Shown here piece by piece: positions 1 to 8,185 of a stretch of 36,407 nucleotides of DNA (position 1 is the first letter of the stretch; each line of letters opens with the position of its first letter). The position numbers were made by a program, and so were the translations under genes. The stretch spans positions 1-36,407 of the forward strand of contig JBDKFG010000051.1 of assembly GCA_039798785.1 (NCBI GenBank), given 5' to 3'. This DNA comes from Verrucomicrobiota bacterium (lineage in GTDB: Bacteria > Verrucomicrobiota > Lentisphaeria > Lentisphaerales > Lentisphaeraceae). The notes beneath the pieces are model-generated. The model was given only the letters and a program-made list of their open reading frames with translations, was not told the origin of the DNA and made no database searches.

Positions 1-99
1 GCGGCGGGCGCGGGGGGATTTGCGGCGGGCGCGGGGGGATTTGCGGCGGGCGCGGGGGGATTTGCGGCGGGCGCGGGGGGATTTGCGGCGGGCGCGGGG
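1..99 (-). repeat. 21-bp coding tandem repeat (GCGGCGGGCGCGGGGGGATTT; 4 full copies plus a partial one) encoding NPPAPAA in the CheA linker
   Basis: Identical units start at 1, 22, 43 and 64, with a partial unit at 85. In frame with cheA. May extend past the window edge. Confidence 0.95.
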
Positions 100-755
100 T
101 ATTGGCGGTCTTTGAGGAAGACGATATCGGCAGCGGGCAGGCCGAAGAATTCGGCGGCGAGTTCCGGTTCGATGACGCTGGAGAAGAGGACTTGGCGGTG
201 AGCGGCCGTGTCATGAGCTTCGAGGATGCTGCCGATCTGGGCCAGTTCGGCTTCGCGGGCGTCATCGCCGGCGGCGAGGCGAAGGTGGTAGAGGCTGGGT
301 CCCTGAGGCGCCCGGGCGAGGCTGGCGGCGGCGAAGCGGAAATCCAGGCCTGCCGGCGCGGAGGGCGGCGGCGCGGCCTGATCCGGCGGCTTGCCGAGGC
401 AGGTCTGGAGGGTGGCGATCAGCTCGCCGCAGGCCGCCGGGGTGTTGTCGGGATTTTGCAGCAGGACGCAGAGCAGGTCGCCGGCGCGGAGGAGCGCCTG
501 GATGCTGGTCGGGCTCGGGGCGAGGGAGCCGGCGCGGAAGCGGTCGAGGAGGCTTTCGGCTTCGTGCGCGAGGGAACGCACCTGGTCGAGCTTGAAGAAG
601 CCGGCGCCCCCCTTCACCGTGTGGAAGGCGCGGAAGACCTTGTTGACCAGGTCGGGGCTTAGCCCTTCAGCCTCGAGACGCAACAGGTCCGCCTCGATGG
701 TGGCGAGGTGCTCGAGCGATTCCTCGACGTACATCTGCTGCATTTCATCGGCCAT
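1..755 (-). CDS. cheA: Chemotaxis histidine kinase CheA, N-terminal part (Hpt/P1 domain, P2-like region, Pro/Ala linker); continues beyond the left edge
   Basis: Manual translation from ATG at 755 stays open to position 1: MADEMQQMYVEESLEHLATIEADLLRLE...DLVNKVFRAFHTVKGGAGFFKLDQVRSLAHEAESLLDRFR, which has the CheA Hpt signature FRxxHTxKG. It lies 19 bp downstream of an MCP gene. Not in the ORF track because there is no stop codon in the window. Confidence 0.92.
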   Translation of the reverse strand, partial: MADEMQQMYVEESLEHLATIEADLLRLEAEGLSPDLVNKVFRAFHTVKGGAGFFKLDQVRSLAHEAESLLDRFRAGSLAPSPTSIQALLRAGDLLCVLLQNPDNTPAACGELIATLQTCLGKPPDQAAPPPSAPAGLDFRFAAASLARAPQGPSLYHLRLAAGDDAREAELAQIGSILEAHDTAAHRQVLFSSVIEPELAAEFFGLPAADIVFLKDRQYPAPAANPPAPAANPPAPAANPPAPAANPPAPA

Positions 756-774
756 GGCGGCGGCTCCCGGCAGT

Positions 775-2931
775 TCAAGCTGTCTTGAAGGATTCGACCA
801 GCCCGCGGAGCCGGCTCGAGGTGTCGGCGACTTCGCCGGAACCCTGCGAGATGCTGCTCAGGCCTTCGGAGGTGCGGCGGGCGGAGGACTGCGACTGCTC
901 GGCGCTGGCGCTCAGCTCCTCCGCCGCGGTGGCGACGGTGCTGACGTTGCGGCTGATGTCGGCGGTCGAGTTATTGACCTCGCTGACGCTGCGGGCGACC
1001 TCGGTCAGGCCCTCGGCGCACTGCGAGATGTGGCGGGCGTTGGCCTGCAGGGTGACGCTCTGCTCCTCCACCGCGGCGGCGACCACCGAGACCATCTCCT
1101 CGACGCCGCGGATGACATCGGAAATGACGCCGATCTCCTTCACCGTGTCGGCCGAGCTGGCCTGGACGGCGCCGATGCGCGAGCGGATGTCGGTGGTGGC
1201 GGCGCCGGTCTGGCGGGCGAGGTCCTTGACGGCGTTTGCGACCACCGCGAAGCCGCGTCCCGCCTCGCCGGCGCGCGCCGCCTCGATGGTGGCGTTGAGG
1301 GCGAGCATCTTGGTCTGTTCCGAGATGTCCTCGATCACCTGGATGATGCGGCCGATCTCGTGCGACACCTGGGCCATCTGGGCGACCTTGGCGTCGGCCT
1401 GGCCGACCGCTCCGACCGCTTTGCGGGCGAGGTCGCGGCCGCGTTCGGTGTTCTCGGCGACGCTCTTGATGGTGACGTTCATCTCCTCCATCGCGGCGGC
1501 GATCGAGCTGGTGTTGGCCTGCGACTGCTCGACCGCGGCGGCCACCGAGCTCATGCTCTGGGCGACGTGCTCGACCGCGCTGGAGACCTGGGCGGCGGTG
1601 CCGGAAAGTTCGCGTGAGGCGGCGGCGACTCCTTTGCCCGCCTCGGCCGACTGGCGGGCGAAGTCGCCCAGCTCGCCGCAGGTGGCGGAATTGGCCTTGG
1701 CAGTGGCCGCCAGGCCGTTGGCGGCGGCCTGCATCCTGCCGATCATCTCAAGCAGCGATCGCCGCGACGTTTCCAGGGCCTCGGCCGCCGCCCCGATCTC
1801 GTCGTGCGATTCGCAGTGGAAGGGGCGCGACAGATCTCCCCTGCTGAAGGCGTCGGCACCTGACTTGATCGCGGCGATGGCGCTGCGGCTGGCGAGGATG
1901 AAGCAGATTTGGAGGTAGATGACGACGATGAAGACGGCAAGCGTGAGCAGCTTGGCATGCAGGATGGCCGCGTTGATGGCGACCTTGCGATCATTGAGGA
2001 GTTTGGCCTGGGCGACGAAGAGCTCATCGTTGGCGAAGTCGAGAGTCTTGTTGATCGCATCGCTGTAGACATCCCAGATGTTCTTGTCGGTCTTGCCGCT
2101 GTGGATCAGTTCGCTGGTGATGGCGAGGGCGGGCTCTATCCAATCTCGGCTCAAGGCGTCGAAATCGTCTAGAAGGCCCTTGTCGATCATCTTTTTCCCT
2201 GCCTGGTCGGCGTCGAGGGAGGTGGCAATGCAATTTCTCAGCTCCTGCTTCAGCTGGGCCTGCAGGCCCAGGGGTTTCGCCATCGACAGAATCAGGTCGT
2301 CTGAGATCTTTTCCGCCTTCGAGGCGCGGATGCTGTGCGCCCGTAGGAGTCCAAGCTGTTCAGACAGGAGGGGAGCTTTCATGCCGGCGGCGAGCATCAG
2401 GTAGTGGCTCGAAATTTCCGGATCGAGGATCAGTTGGCTCTTTTCGAGGATGCGCCCCTGCAATTCCAGGATCTTGTTGGTCTGTTGGGTTCCTTGCTGC
2501 AAGAGGCTGGCGCCGTCTCCGGCAGGCAGATCCGGGGTGGCGTAGCTGTCGTTGAGGGCGATGAACTCCTTCCAGAGATCGGCGTATTCTCCTGTTCCTA
2601 GAATGTCCTTGGCGGCTCCGATCTTGCTTTTCAGGCTGGCGATGATTTTGCCGCGCTCCGCCTCCGCGTCCGGGATCTTGGCCAGCACCCTCGCCGTGGC
2701 GCCGCGCAGTTTCTGACTGTCTTGGAGGAGGCCCATGCTCAATTTCATCTTTTCCATGCCGATGAGCTGGAGGTCGATGATCCGCTGGTGCTGTTTTTCG
2801 GTTTCGACTTCGTGCCAGGTGAGGTAGCCGATGGCGCCGATGGCTACGGCGCTGATCAGGGCGAACTTGGCGGTGAAGCGCAGGCGGTGCATCAGGGCGA
2901 TGCCGGGACGGAAGGGGTTCACGGGACTCAT
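775..2931 (-). CDS. Methyl-accepting chemotaxis protein (2 TM, periplasmic sensor, HAMP, MCP signalling domain)
   Basis: Hairpin-tip motif [40 protein letters not shown]; two hydrophobic segments; HAMP-like GDLS...DEIG; AAxEE methylation-type sites. Start set at 2931, which has GAGGAG upstream, rather than 2976. Confidence 0.95.
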   Translation of the reverse strand: MSPVNPFRPGIALMHRLRFTAKFALISAVAIGAIGYLTWHEVETEKQHQRIIDLQLIGMEKMKLSMGLLQDSQKLRGATARVLAKIPDAEAERGKIIASLKSKIGAAKDILGTGEYADLWKEFIALNDSYATPDLPAGDGASLLQQGTQQTNKILELQGRILEKSQLILDPEISSHYLMLAAGMKAPLLSEQLGLLRAHSIRASKAEKISDDLILSMAKPLGLQAQLKQELRNCIATSLDADQAGKKMIDKGLLDDFDALSRDWIEPALAITSELIHSGKTDKNIWDVYSDAINKTLDFANDELFVAQAKLLNDRKVAINAAILHAKLLTLAVFIVVIYLQICFILASRSAIAAIKSGADAFSRGDLSRPFHCESHDEIGAAAEALETSRRSLLEMIGRMQAAANGLAATAKANSATCGELGDFARQSAEAGKGVAAASRELSGTAAQVSSAVEHVAQSMSSVAAAVEQSQANTSSIAAAMEEMNVTIKSVAENTERGRDLARKAVGAVGQADAKVAQMAQVSHEIGRIIQVIEDISEQTKMLALNATIEAARAGEAGRGFAVVANAVKDLARQTGAATTDIRSRIGAVQASSADTVKEIGVISDVIRGVEEMVSVVAAAVEEQSVTLQANARHISQCAEGLTEVARSVSEVNNSTADISRNVSTVATAAEELSASAEQSQSSARRTSEGLSSISQGSGEVADTSSRLRGLVESFKTA

Positions 2932-2994
2932 CGGCGGGCTCCTCGGGGTTGGCGTCCGGAAACGGAATGGGATCACTCCATCTTGAGGATAGCG

Positions 2995-3010
2995 GCAGAT
3001 TTTGTGCCAA
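2995..3010 (-). promoter_or_regulatory. Putative sigma54 (-24/-12) promoter for the mcp-cheA operon
   Basis: Minus strand reads TTGGCACAAAATCTGC, matching TGGCAC-N5-TTGC with the exact GG/GC spacing, about 65 bp upstream of the MCP start. Confidence 0.65.
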
Positions 3011-3071
3011 GTCAGCTCGGTGCTAGGCGGGCATCCGAGTCTGGATGACAGCCAGCCGGCAGGTGGGCTTC

Positions 3072-3100
3072 TTGTTATTCTCTCCCTCCGGAATTATACT
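3072..3100 (+). promoter_or_regulatory. Putative sigma70 promoter for the hemerythrin gene
   Basis: TTGTTA-N17-TATACT, 31 bp before ATG 3132. Confidence 0.55.
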
Positions 3101-3131
3101 GGTAGTCAAAGAGCAACCCAGGATATTCATC

Positions 3132-3941
3132 ATGAGCCATGACGGCAGGACCAGCTCCGAGACTTACGGTGAAATCGAAATGGACGCCTATCACGCCGAA
3201 ATCATCGGCCTGGTGCATTCGATCGGCATTTCCCAATCCTTGCGCGAGCCCTTGTTGGTCCTGCAGGCTTTTGCCGCGCGCTGTTTCGCCCAGGAGGAGG
3301 CGAGAATGCTTTCCTGCCACTATCCCCACGCCCAGCGGCATCTCGACGAACACGCCCGCTTCCTTCATCTCATCCAGGAACTCGCCGATGCCGTCGATCC
3401 GATCCAGTCGCGGAAGCTCCTGGCGGAGATGGGCTCGCTGGTCGAGAGGCATTTTGAGCAGGAGGATCACGCCTTGATGGGCTTCCTGCTGGCTTCTTGC
3501 CCGACCGGAGTCTGCTCCTCCGAAGCCTTTTCTCCCAAGGCGGCCTCACATCCCTCTCCTGATCCTCTCCATCTCGACATCGGCCCCTATCTCGTCCACG
3601 ACGACCGCATCGACGTCGATCACGCCCAGTTGATCGAGATCATCAACGCCTTGGTCTCCGGCAGCCTCCCCTACGGGGCTGCGATTGCCGCCTTGGAGGA
3701 GTACGCCGATTATCATTTCAGGATGGAGGAGGAGCGGATGCGCGAGGTGGACTATCCCGAGTACGCCGCCCATGTCGCCGCTCACGACAACTTCCGTCTC
3801 CGCCTGCGTTGGCTGCGGGAGAAGCCGGACGATGCCGAGATGGCTCCTGAAATGCTTCACCGTTACCTGGGCATGTGGTTGATCAATCACATCCTCCATG
3901 TCGACCGCCGCCTGGCGGTGTGCCTGGCCGGACCTCGCTAA
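3132..3941 (+). CDS. Tandem two-domain bacteriohemerythrin-family protein
   Basis: Domain 2 is canonical: IDVDH...HFRMEEERM...YPEYAAHVAAH...WLINHILHVD. Domain 1 is similar: MDAYH...CFAQEEARM...YPHAQRHLDEH...HFEQED. Start moved from 3045 to 3132, downstream of the putative promoter. Confidence 0.9.
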   Translation: MSHDGRTSSETYGEIEMDAYHAEIIGLVHSIGISQSLREPLLVLQAFAARCFAQEEARMLSCHYPHAQRHLDEHARFLHLIQELADAVDPIQSRKLLAEMGSLVERHFEQEDHALMGFLLASCPTGVCSSEAFSPKAASHPSPDPLHLDIGPYLVHDDRIDVDHAQLIEIINALVSGSLPYGAAIAALEEYADYHFRMEEERMREVDYPEYAAHVAAHDNFRLRLRWLREKPDDAEMAPEMLHRYLGMWLINHILHVDRRLAVCLAGPR

Positions 3942-3962
3942 GTGAAGCGGCGGCTTCCTGAT

Positions 3963-4171
3963 CCTTAAAACCGCAGTTGAAAGGTTGGATGGTTGAAAGG
4001 TTTGATGGATTAGTTGCAACAGCAATGGCTTAGCTTATTTGATGATCCGTCGGAATGACCTCTAATGGGAAAGCTCTCCTGTCCGGGTCAAATGGTCGCT
4101 GACTTTTGTTGTTCAATGCCTTGCGTTTCAACCTTTCAACCCGGTTCTGTTGCTCAACAGCGGTTTTTAGG
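3963..4171. mobile_element. MITE/REP-like non-coding element with 18-bp imperfect terminal inverted repeats
   Basis: Left end CCTTAAAACCGCAGTTGA (3963-3980) matches the reverse complement of right end TCAACAGCGGTTTTTAGG (4154-4171) at 16/18. Inner inverted GGTTGAAA/TTTCAACC 8-mers. More AT-rich than the flanks; no credible gene inside. Confidence 0.5.
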
Positions 4172-4233
4172 TTGATCCTAGGCTGACTCAGCCGGAACCG
4201 TAACTGGCTTGGCTCCGCGGGGGGCGGCTTCGG

Positions 4234-6447
4234 TCACGCTAGCGGTTCGGCGCAGATGCGCTCCGCCAGGCGGCTGAAGCGGTGGCTGAGGCGTGAATTG
4301 CGGATGCACATCTCCAGGGCTTTGCGGGAGCCGCAGAGGATCAGGAGTTTTTTTGCCCGGGTGACCGCAGTGTAGAGAAGGTTGCGCTGCAGCATCACCG
4401 AGGCGGAGGTGGAAAGCGGCACGACGACGGCGGGGAATTCCGAACCTTGCGACTTGTGGATGGTGACGGCATAGGCAAGAGCGAGCTCGCGGGCGTCTTC
4501 CCGCAGGTAGCCGACGTTCTTGTCCTCGAACATGACGGTGAACTCCTTCGGGCCGATGTCGAGGATGTAGCCGAGATCGCCGTTGAAGACTTTTTTCTGG
4601 TAGTTGTTGCTGATCTGCATCACCCGGTCGCCGAGGACGAGACGGCGATCGCCGTCCTCGAATTGCGGCTTGTGCTTGAGGTCGTTGAGTCCGCTTTGCA
4701 GGAGCTGGTTCAGAGCGAGAGTGCCGCAGGCGCCGCGGCGCATCGGCGCCAGGACCTGGATCTCCTGGGGGCGGAAGCCGAAGCGCTGCGGAATGCGTTC
4801 TTGCACCAGGCGCAAAACCAGATCCTCGAGCTCGGCGGGATCGTCCTTCTCGATCCAGTAGAAATCCGCCTCTTCCGACTTCGGCGGCGCCTTCAGGTCG
4901 GGCAGGCGGCCGGAGAGGATGGCGTGGGCCGCCTGGATGATGCGAGAGGCGGCGGCCTGGCGGAAGACTTGGACCAGGCGGGTCACCGGGATGATGTGGG
5001 AAGTCAGGCAGTCGCGCAGGAAGGAGCCCGGTCCGACCGAGGGGAGCTGGTCGGCGTCGCCGACGAGGAGCAGCGAGGTCTTGTCGCTGATGGCGGCGAG
5101 AAGGCGGGAGGCGAGCTGGATGTCGAGCATCGAGCATTCGTCGATGACGATGAGATCGGCTTCGAGGGGGTTTTCCCGGTTTCGAGCGGCGTCGCCGTTT
5201 TCGTCGGCCATGAGCAGGCGGTGGATGGTCGAGGCCTCCATGCCGGTGGCTTCCTTCATCCGGCGGGCGGCGCGCCCGGTGGGGGCGGCGAGGATGATTT
5301 TTTGTCCCCGCGCTTTAGCTTGCCGGACGATTTCGTCGACGGCGGTGGTCTTGCCGCAGCCGGGGCCGCCGGTGAGGATGCTGAGGCGGTGGGCGAAGGC
5401 GAAGGCGACGGCTTGTTTCTGTTCGGCGTTGAGGCCGTCGCGGGAGAAGCTGGCGGGGATCCAGGGGGAGGGGTGTTCGACGGCGAGGCGTTTCAGGTCG
5501 CGTGCCGTGGCTTTTTCGGCGTAGAGCAGGTCGCGCAGGTACCATAGCTGTTCCTCGCCGCCGCGCGGGTCAATTTCGCTCAAGGCGGCGGCATCTTTGA
5601 GGGCTCGTTCGCAGCCGGCGTCGAGGGCTTCCGGCGGCACCCCGAGGAATTCCTGGGCGCGGCGGCGGAGTTCCGATTCGGGGAGGAAGCAGTGACCGCC
5701 TTCGGAGGCTTGTTTGAGGGTGTAGGCGAGGCCGGCGGCGACCCGGAAGGCCGAGTCCCTGGGTAGGCCGAGGGAGGCGCTGATCCGGTCGGCGCTGAGG
5801 AAGCCCATGCCGCGGATTTCATCGGCGAGGCGATAGGGATTTTCCCGCAGGATGGCGGGGGCGCTGTTGCCGTAGGCTTCGACCAGCTTGTTGCACTGGC
5901 CGGTGGGGACGCCGAGGGACTGCAGGAAGACGTCGAGTTCGCGGCGGCCTTCGAGCTGCTCCCAGGCTTCGGCGATGGCGGCGGCCTTCTTTGCTCCGAG
6001 ACCGGGGACTTCCTTGAGGCGGACGCTGTAGCGGCTGAGGATCTTGATGGTTTCGTCGCCGAAGTGCTTGACGATGGCTTCGGCGGTCTTCGGGCCGATC
6101 CCTTCGAAGCGGCCGCCGCTGAGGTATTTGATCAGGCCTTCCTGGCTGTTGGGCAGGACGCCGCTGCACTTGTCGGCCTTGAATTGGCGGCCGTATTTGG
6201 CATTGGTCTCCCAGTGGCCGAGGCACTCGATCTCGTCGCCAGGCTGGTATTGCGCGAGAGGGGAGGGGCCGGAGACGGTGATTTCCAAGCCGCTGTTCTG
6301 TTTCAAGCGGACTACCGCCCAATTGCCGTCGGGATGCGACCAGATCTGGCGCAGGAGGATGCCGCGGACGATGGCCGTGCCAAGAGGGCCGCTCGGTGCC
6401 TGGGCATCGGGGTTGACGGGGAGATCCTGGCTTCGGTCTTGGCTCAT
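4234..6447 (-). CDS. recD2: ATP-dependent RecD2-like SF1B DNA helicase
   Basis: N-terminal GxWxxxxKYGRQF, HhH motifs GIGPKTA and VPGLGAKKA, ENPYRL, Walker A GGPGCGKTT, APTGRAA, IDECSM, GDADQLPSVGPG, YAVTIHKSQGSE, LLYTAVTRAK. Confidence 0.95.
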   Translation of the reverse strand: MSQDRSQDLPVNPDAQAPSGPLGTAIVRGILLRQIWSHPDGNWAVVRLKQNSGLEITVSGPSPLAQYQPGDEIECLGHWETNAKYGRQFKADKCSGVLPNSQEGLIKYLSGGRFEGIGPKTAEAIVKHFGDETIKILSRYSVRLKEVPGLGAKKAAAIAEAWEQLEGRRELDVFLQSLGVPTGQCNKLVEAYGNSAPAILRENPYRLADEIRGMGFLSADRISASLGLPRDSAFRVAAGLAYTLKQASEGGHCFLPESELRRRAQEFLGVPPEALDAGCERALKDAAALSEIDPRGGEEQLWYLRDLLYAEKATARDLKRLAVEHPSPWIPASFSRDGLNAEQKQAVAFAFAHRLSILTGGPGCGKTTAVDEIVRQAKARGQKIILAAPTGRAARRMKEATGMEASTIHRLLMADENGDAARNRENPLEADLIVIDECSMLDIQLASRLLAAISDKTSLLLVGDADQLPSVGPGSFLRDCLTSHIIPVTRLVQVFRQAAASRIIQAAHAILSGRLPDLKAPPKSEEADFYWIEKDDPAELEDLVLRLVQERIPQRFGFRPQEIQVLAPMRRGACGTLALNQLLQSGLNDLKHKPQFEDGDRRLVLGDRVMQISNNYQKKVFNGDLGYILDIGPKEFTVMFEDKNVGYLREDARELALAYAVTIHKSQGSEFPAVVVPLSTSASVMLQRNLLYTAVTRAKKLLILCGSRKALEMCIRNSRLSHRFSRLAERICAEPLA

Positions 6448-6608
6448 GCGGGCTTATTCAGGTTGATCGGGAAGGGGGCTAAATTAGCTCCGTTCCGGCG
6501 GAACTGAAGCGCGGGAAGTCGTGAGTCAAGCTGTCATCCTGTCGCTTCGCGAGCCGCAAAGCGAGAGCGGAGTGATGCGGCTCAAGGATTTTGCCTCGAC
6601 TGGATCGC

Positions 6609-7124
6609 TCAGACCTTTTCCTGTTCGGCCAGATCTGTGTCCTGCAGGGCTTCGCGGATGAAGCTGCGGCGGAGGCTGGCGACGCTCGGGAAAGTGAGGA
6701 GGAGGACGATGAGGAAGATGCCGAGAGGGAGCAGGTGGATCTTGTGGTAGCCCTTGAAGTAGAAGCCCAATCCCAGGAGGGCGGAGCTGCCGAGGATGGC
6801 GATGCGCAGCATGCAGCCCAGGCTCATGCGGCGTGCCGAAGCGGCGGGGCTGCGGGCTCCGGCGAGGATGAGTTTGGGGAGCAGCAGGGCCATCATGCCG
6901 GTGATGGCGCAGATGATCAGCTGGAGGAAGAAGACTTCGGCGAAATGAGCAGGCTTGGGGATCGTCGCGGGGCGTAGATTCAGGGTCAGCAGGGAGAGGC
7001 CGATGATGCCGAGTCCGGAGCTCAGGATCATCAGGCGGAGACGGAGCTGGAGACGGGGGACGAGCTGATCAAAAGCCGCCAGAGCCTGCTCCCGGGCCGG
7101 CTCGGACGTCTCCTGCGGATTCAT
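6609..7124 (-). CDS. Hypothetical membrane protein (about 4 TM helices)
   Basis: 171-aa ORF with four hydrophobic stretches; its start overlaps the era stop (ATGA), suggesting translational coupling. Confidence 0.75.
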   Translation of the reverse strand: MNPQETSEPAREQALAAFDQLVPRLQLRLRLMILSSGLGIIGLSLLTLNLRPATIPKPAHFAEVFFLQLIICAITGMMALLLPKLILAGARSPAASARRMSLGCMLRIAILGSSALLGLGFYFKGYHKIHLLPLGIFLIVLLLTFPSVASLRRSFIREALQDTDLAEQEKV

Positions 7125-8038
7125 TCGATTTCTTCCTTGCCGCCCTCGGGTTCGGCGAGGCCCATTTCCTTGAGCAGGGAGAGGCGGTTCTGCCAGTCGG
7201 GCATGGTCTTCACGTAGAGGCGCAGGTCGATGAATTTCTCCAGGTCGTCCTTCAGCTTGGCGCAGGCGACGCGGCGGATCTCTTCGATGACGCGGCCTTC
7301 GGTGCCGATGAGGATAGCCTTCTGCGAGTCGCGCTCGACCATGATGACGGCGTCGATGCGGATCTTCTTCGGGCCTTCGGTCCAGCGCTCGATCTGGACG
7401 GCGATCGACTGCGGGATCTCTTCGCGGACCTGCTCCATGCAGGATTCGCGGATGATGTCTTCGGCGATGTCGCGGACGAGCGCGTCAGCGGCCTGATCTT
7501 CGTCGTAGAGGAGGGGGCCGACGGGGAGGAATCCGGCGAGAGCCTCGACCAGTTCCGGAATGCCCGCCTGGGTGGCGGCGCTGAGTTCGTAGACCGGGGT
7601 TTCCGAGGGGAGGATGGCGAGATAGGCCTCGCTCATGGTGCGGCGCTGATGCTGGGTCGAGACGTCGCCCTTGTTGAGCGCGAGGACGCAGGGCTTGCCG
7701 GAGTTCTTCGCTGCGGTGGCGGCGAGCTCGTCTTCGATGCCGAAGTCGCGCGTCGGATCGCAGAGCAGGAGGACGACGTCGTTGCGGGCGATCGAATTGC
7801 TGATCACCCGGGCCATGCTTTCTTCCATCTTGTTTCGGGCCTTGTGGACGCCGGGAGTGTCGGTGAAGATGATCTGCTTGTCGTCATCGGTGAGGATGCC
7901 GAGCCAGCGGCGGCGGGTGGTGTTGGGGACCGGGGAGACCGCGGCGAGGCGGTAGCCGACGGCGGCGTTGACGAAGGTCGACTTGCCGACGTTGGGGCGG
8001 CCGAGGATGGTGATGAATCCGACGCGATGATGGGACAT
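7121..8038 (-). CDS. era: GTPase Era
   Basis: GFITILGRPNVGKST (G1), TTR (G2), DTPG (G3), NKGD (G4), EEIPQSIAV and the KH-domain motif SQKAILIGxxG; 305 aa. Confidence 0.95.
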   Translation of the reverse strand: MSHHRVGFITILGRPNVGKSTFVNAAVGYRLAAVSPVPNTTRRRWLGILTDDDKQIIFTDTPGVHKARNKMEESMARVISNSIARNDVVLLLCDPTRDFGIEDELAATAAKNSGKPCVLALNKGDVSTQHQRRTMSEAYLAILPSETPVYELSAATQAGIPELVEALAGFLPVGPLLYDEDQAADALVRDIAEDIIRESCMEQVREEIPQSIAVQIERWTEGPKKIRIDAVIMVERDSQKAILIGTEGRVIEEIRRVACAKLKDDLEKFIDLRLYVKTMPDWQNRLSLLKEMGLAEPEGGKEEIE

Positions 8039-8058
8039 AGGGAGCCTCAGGGTGGGGA

Positions 8059-8185
8059 GTTTAAGGTTTAAGGTTTAAGGTTTTAAAGTTGGAAGGGGAG
8101 GGGGAGTCTCAGTCTTTAGTGTTTAAAGTTGGGTTTTGCTCTTGTTCGAACCTTAAACCTTAAACTTTAAACCTTGAACTTTAAA
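8059..8185. repeat. Inverted pair of 7-bp tandem arrays (GTTTAAG x3-4 and AACCTTA-like x5)
   Basis: GTTTAAG GTTTAAG GTTTAAG GTTTTAAAG at 8059-8088 and AACCTTA AACCTTA AACTTTA AACCTTG AACTTTA at 8149-8183; an AT-rich island between two genes. Confidence 0.85.

Noticed and set aside
1..99. 21-bp repeat as a possible CRISPR array
   Set aside because: The units are contiguous with no spacers, lie in frame within cheA, and no cas genes are present.
102..1918. Plus-strand ORFs 102-662, 391-1617 and 785-1918
   Set aside because: They are antisense shadows of cheA and the MCP gene, expected from GC-rich codon bias, and carry no recognisable motifs.
4169..6468. AGGTTGATC on both sides of recD2 as a target-site duplication
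   Set aside because: A 9-bp match around a housekeeping gene with no mobility functions is compatible with chance.
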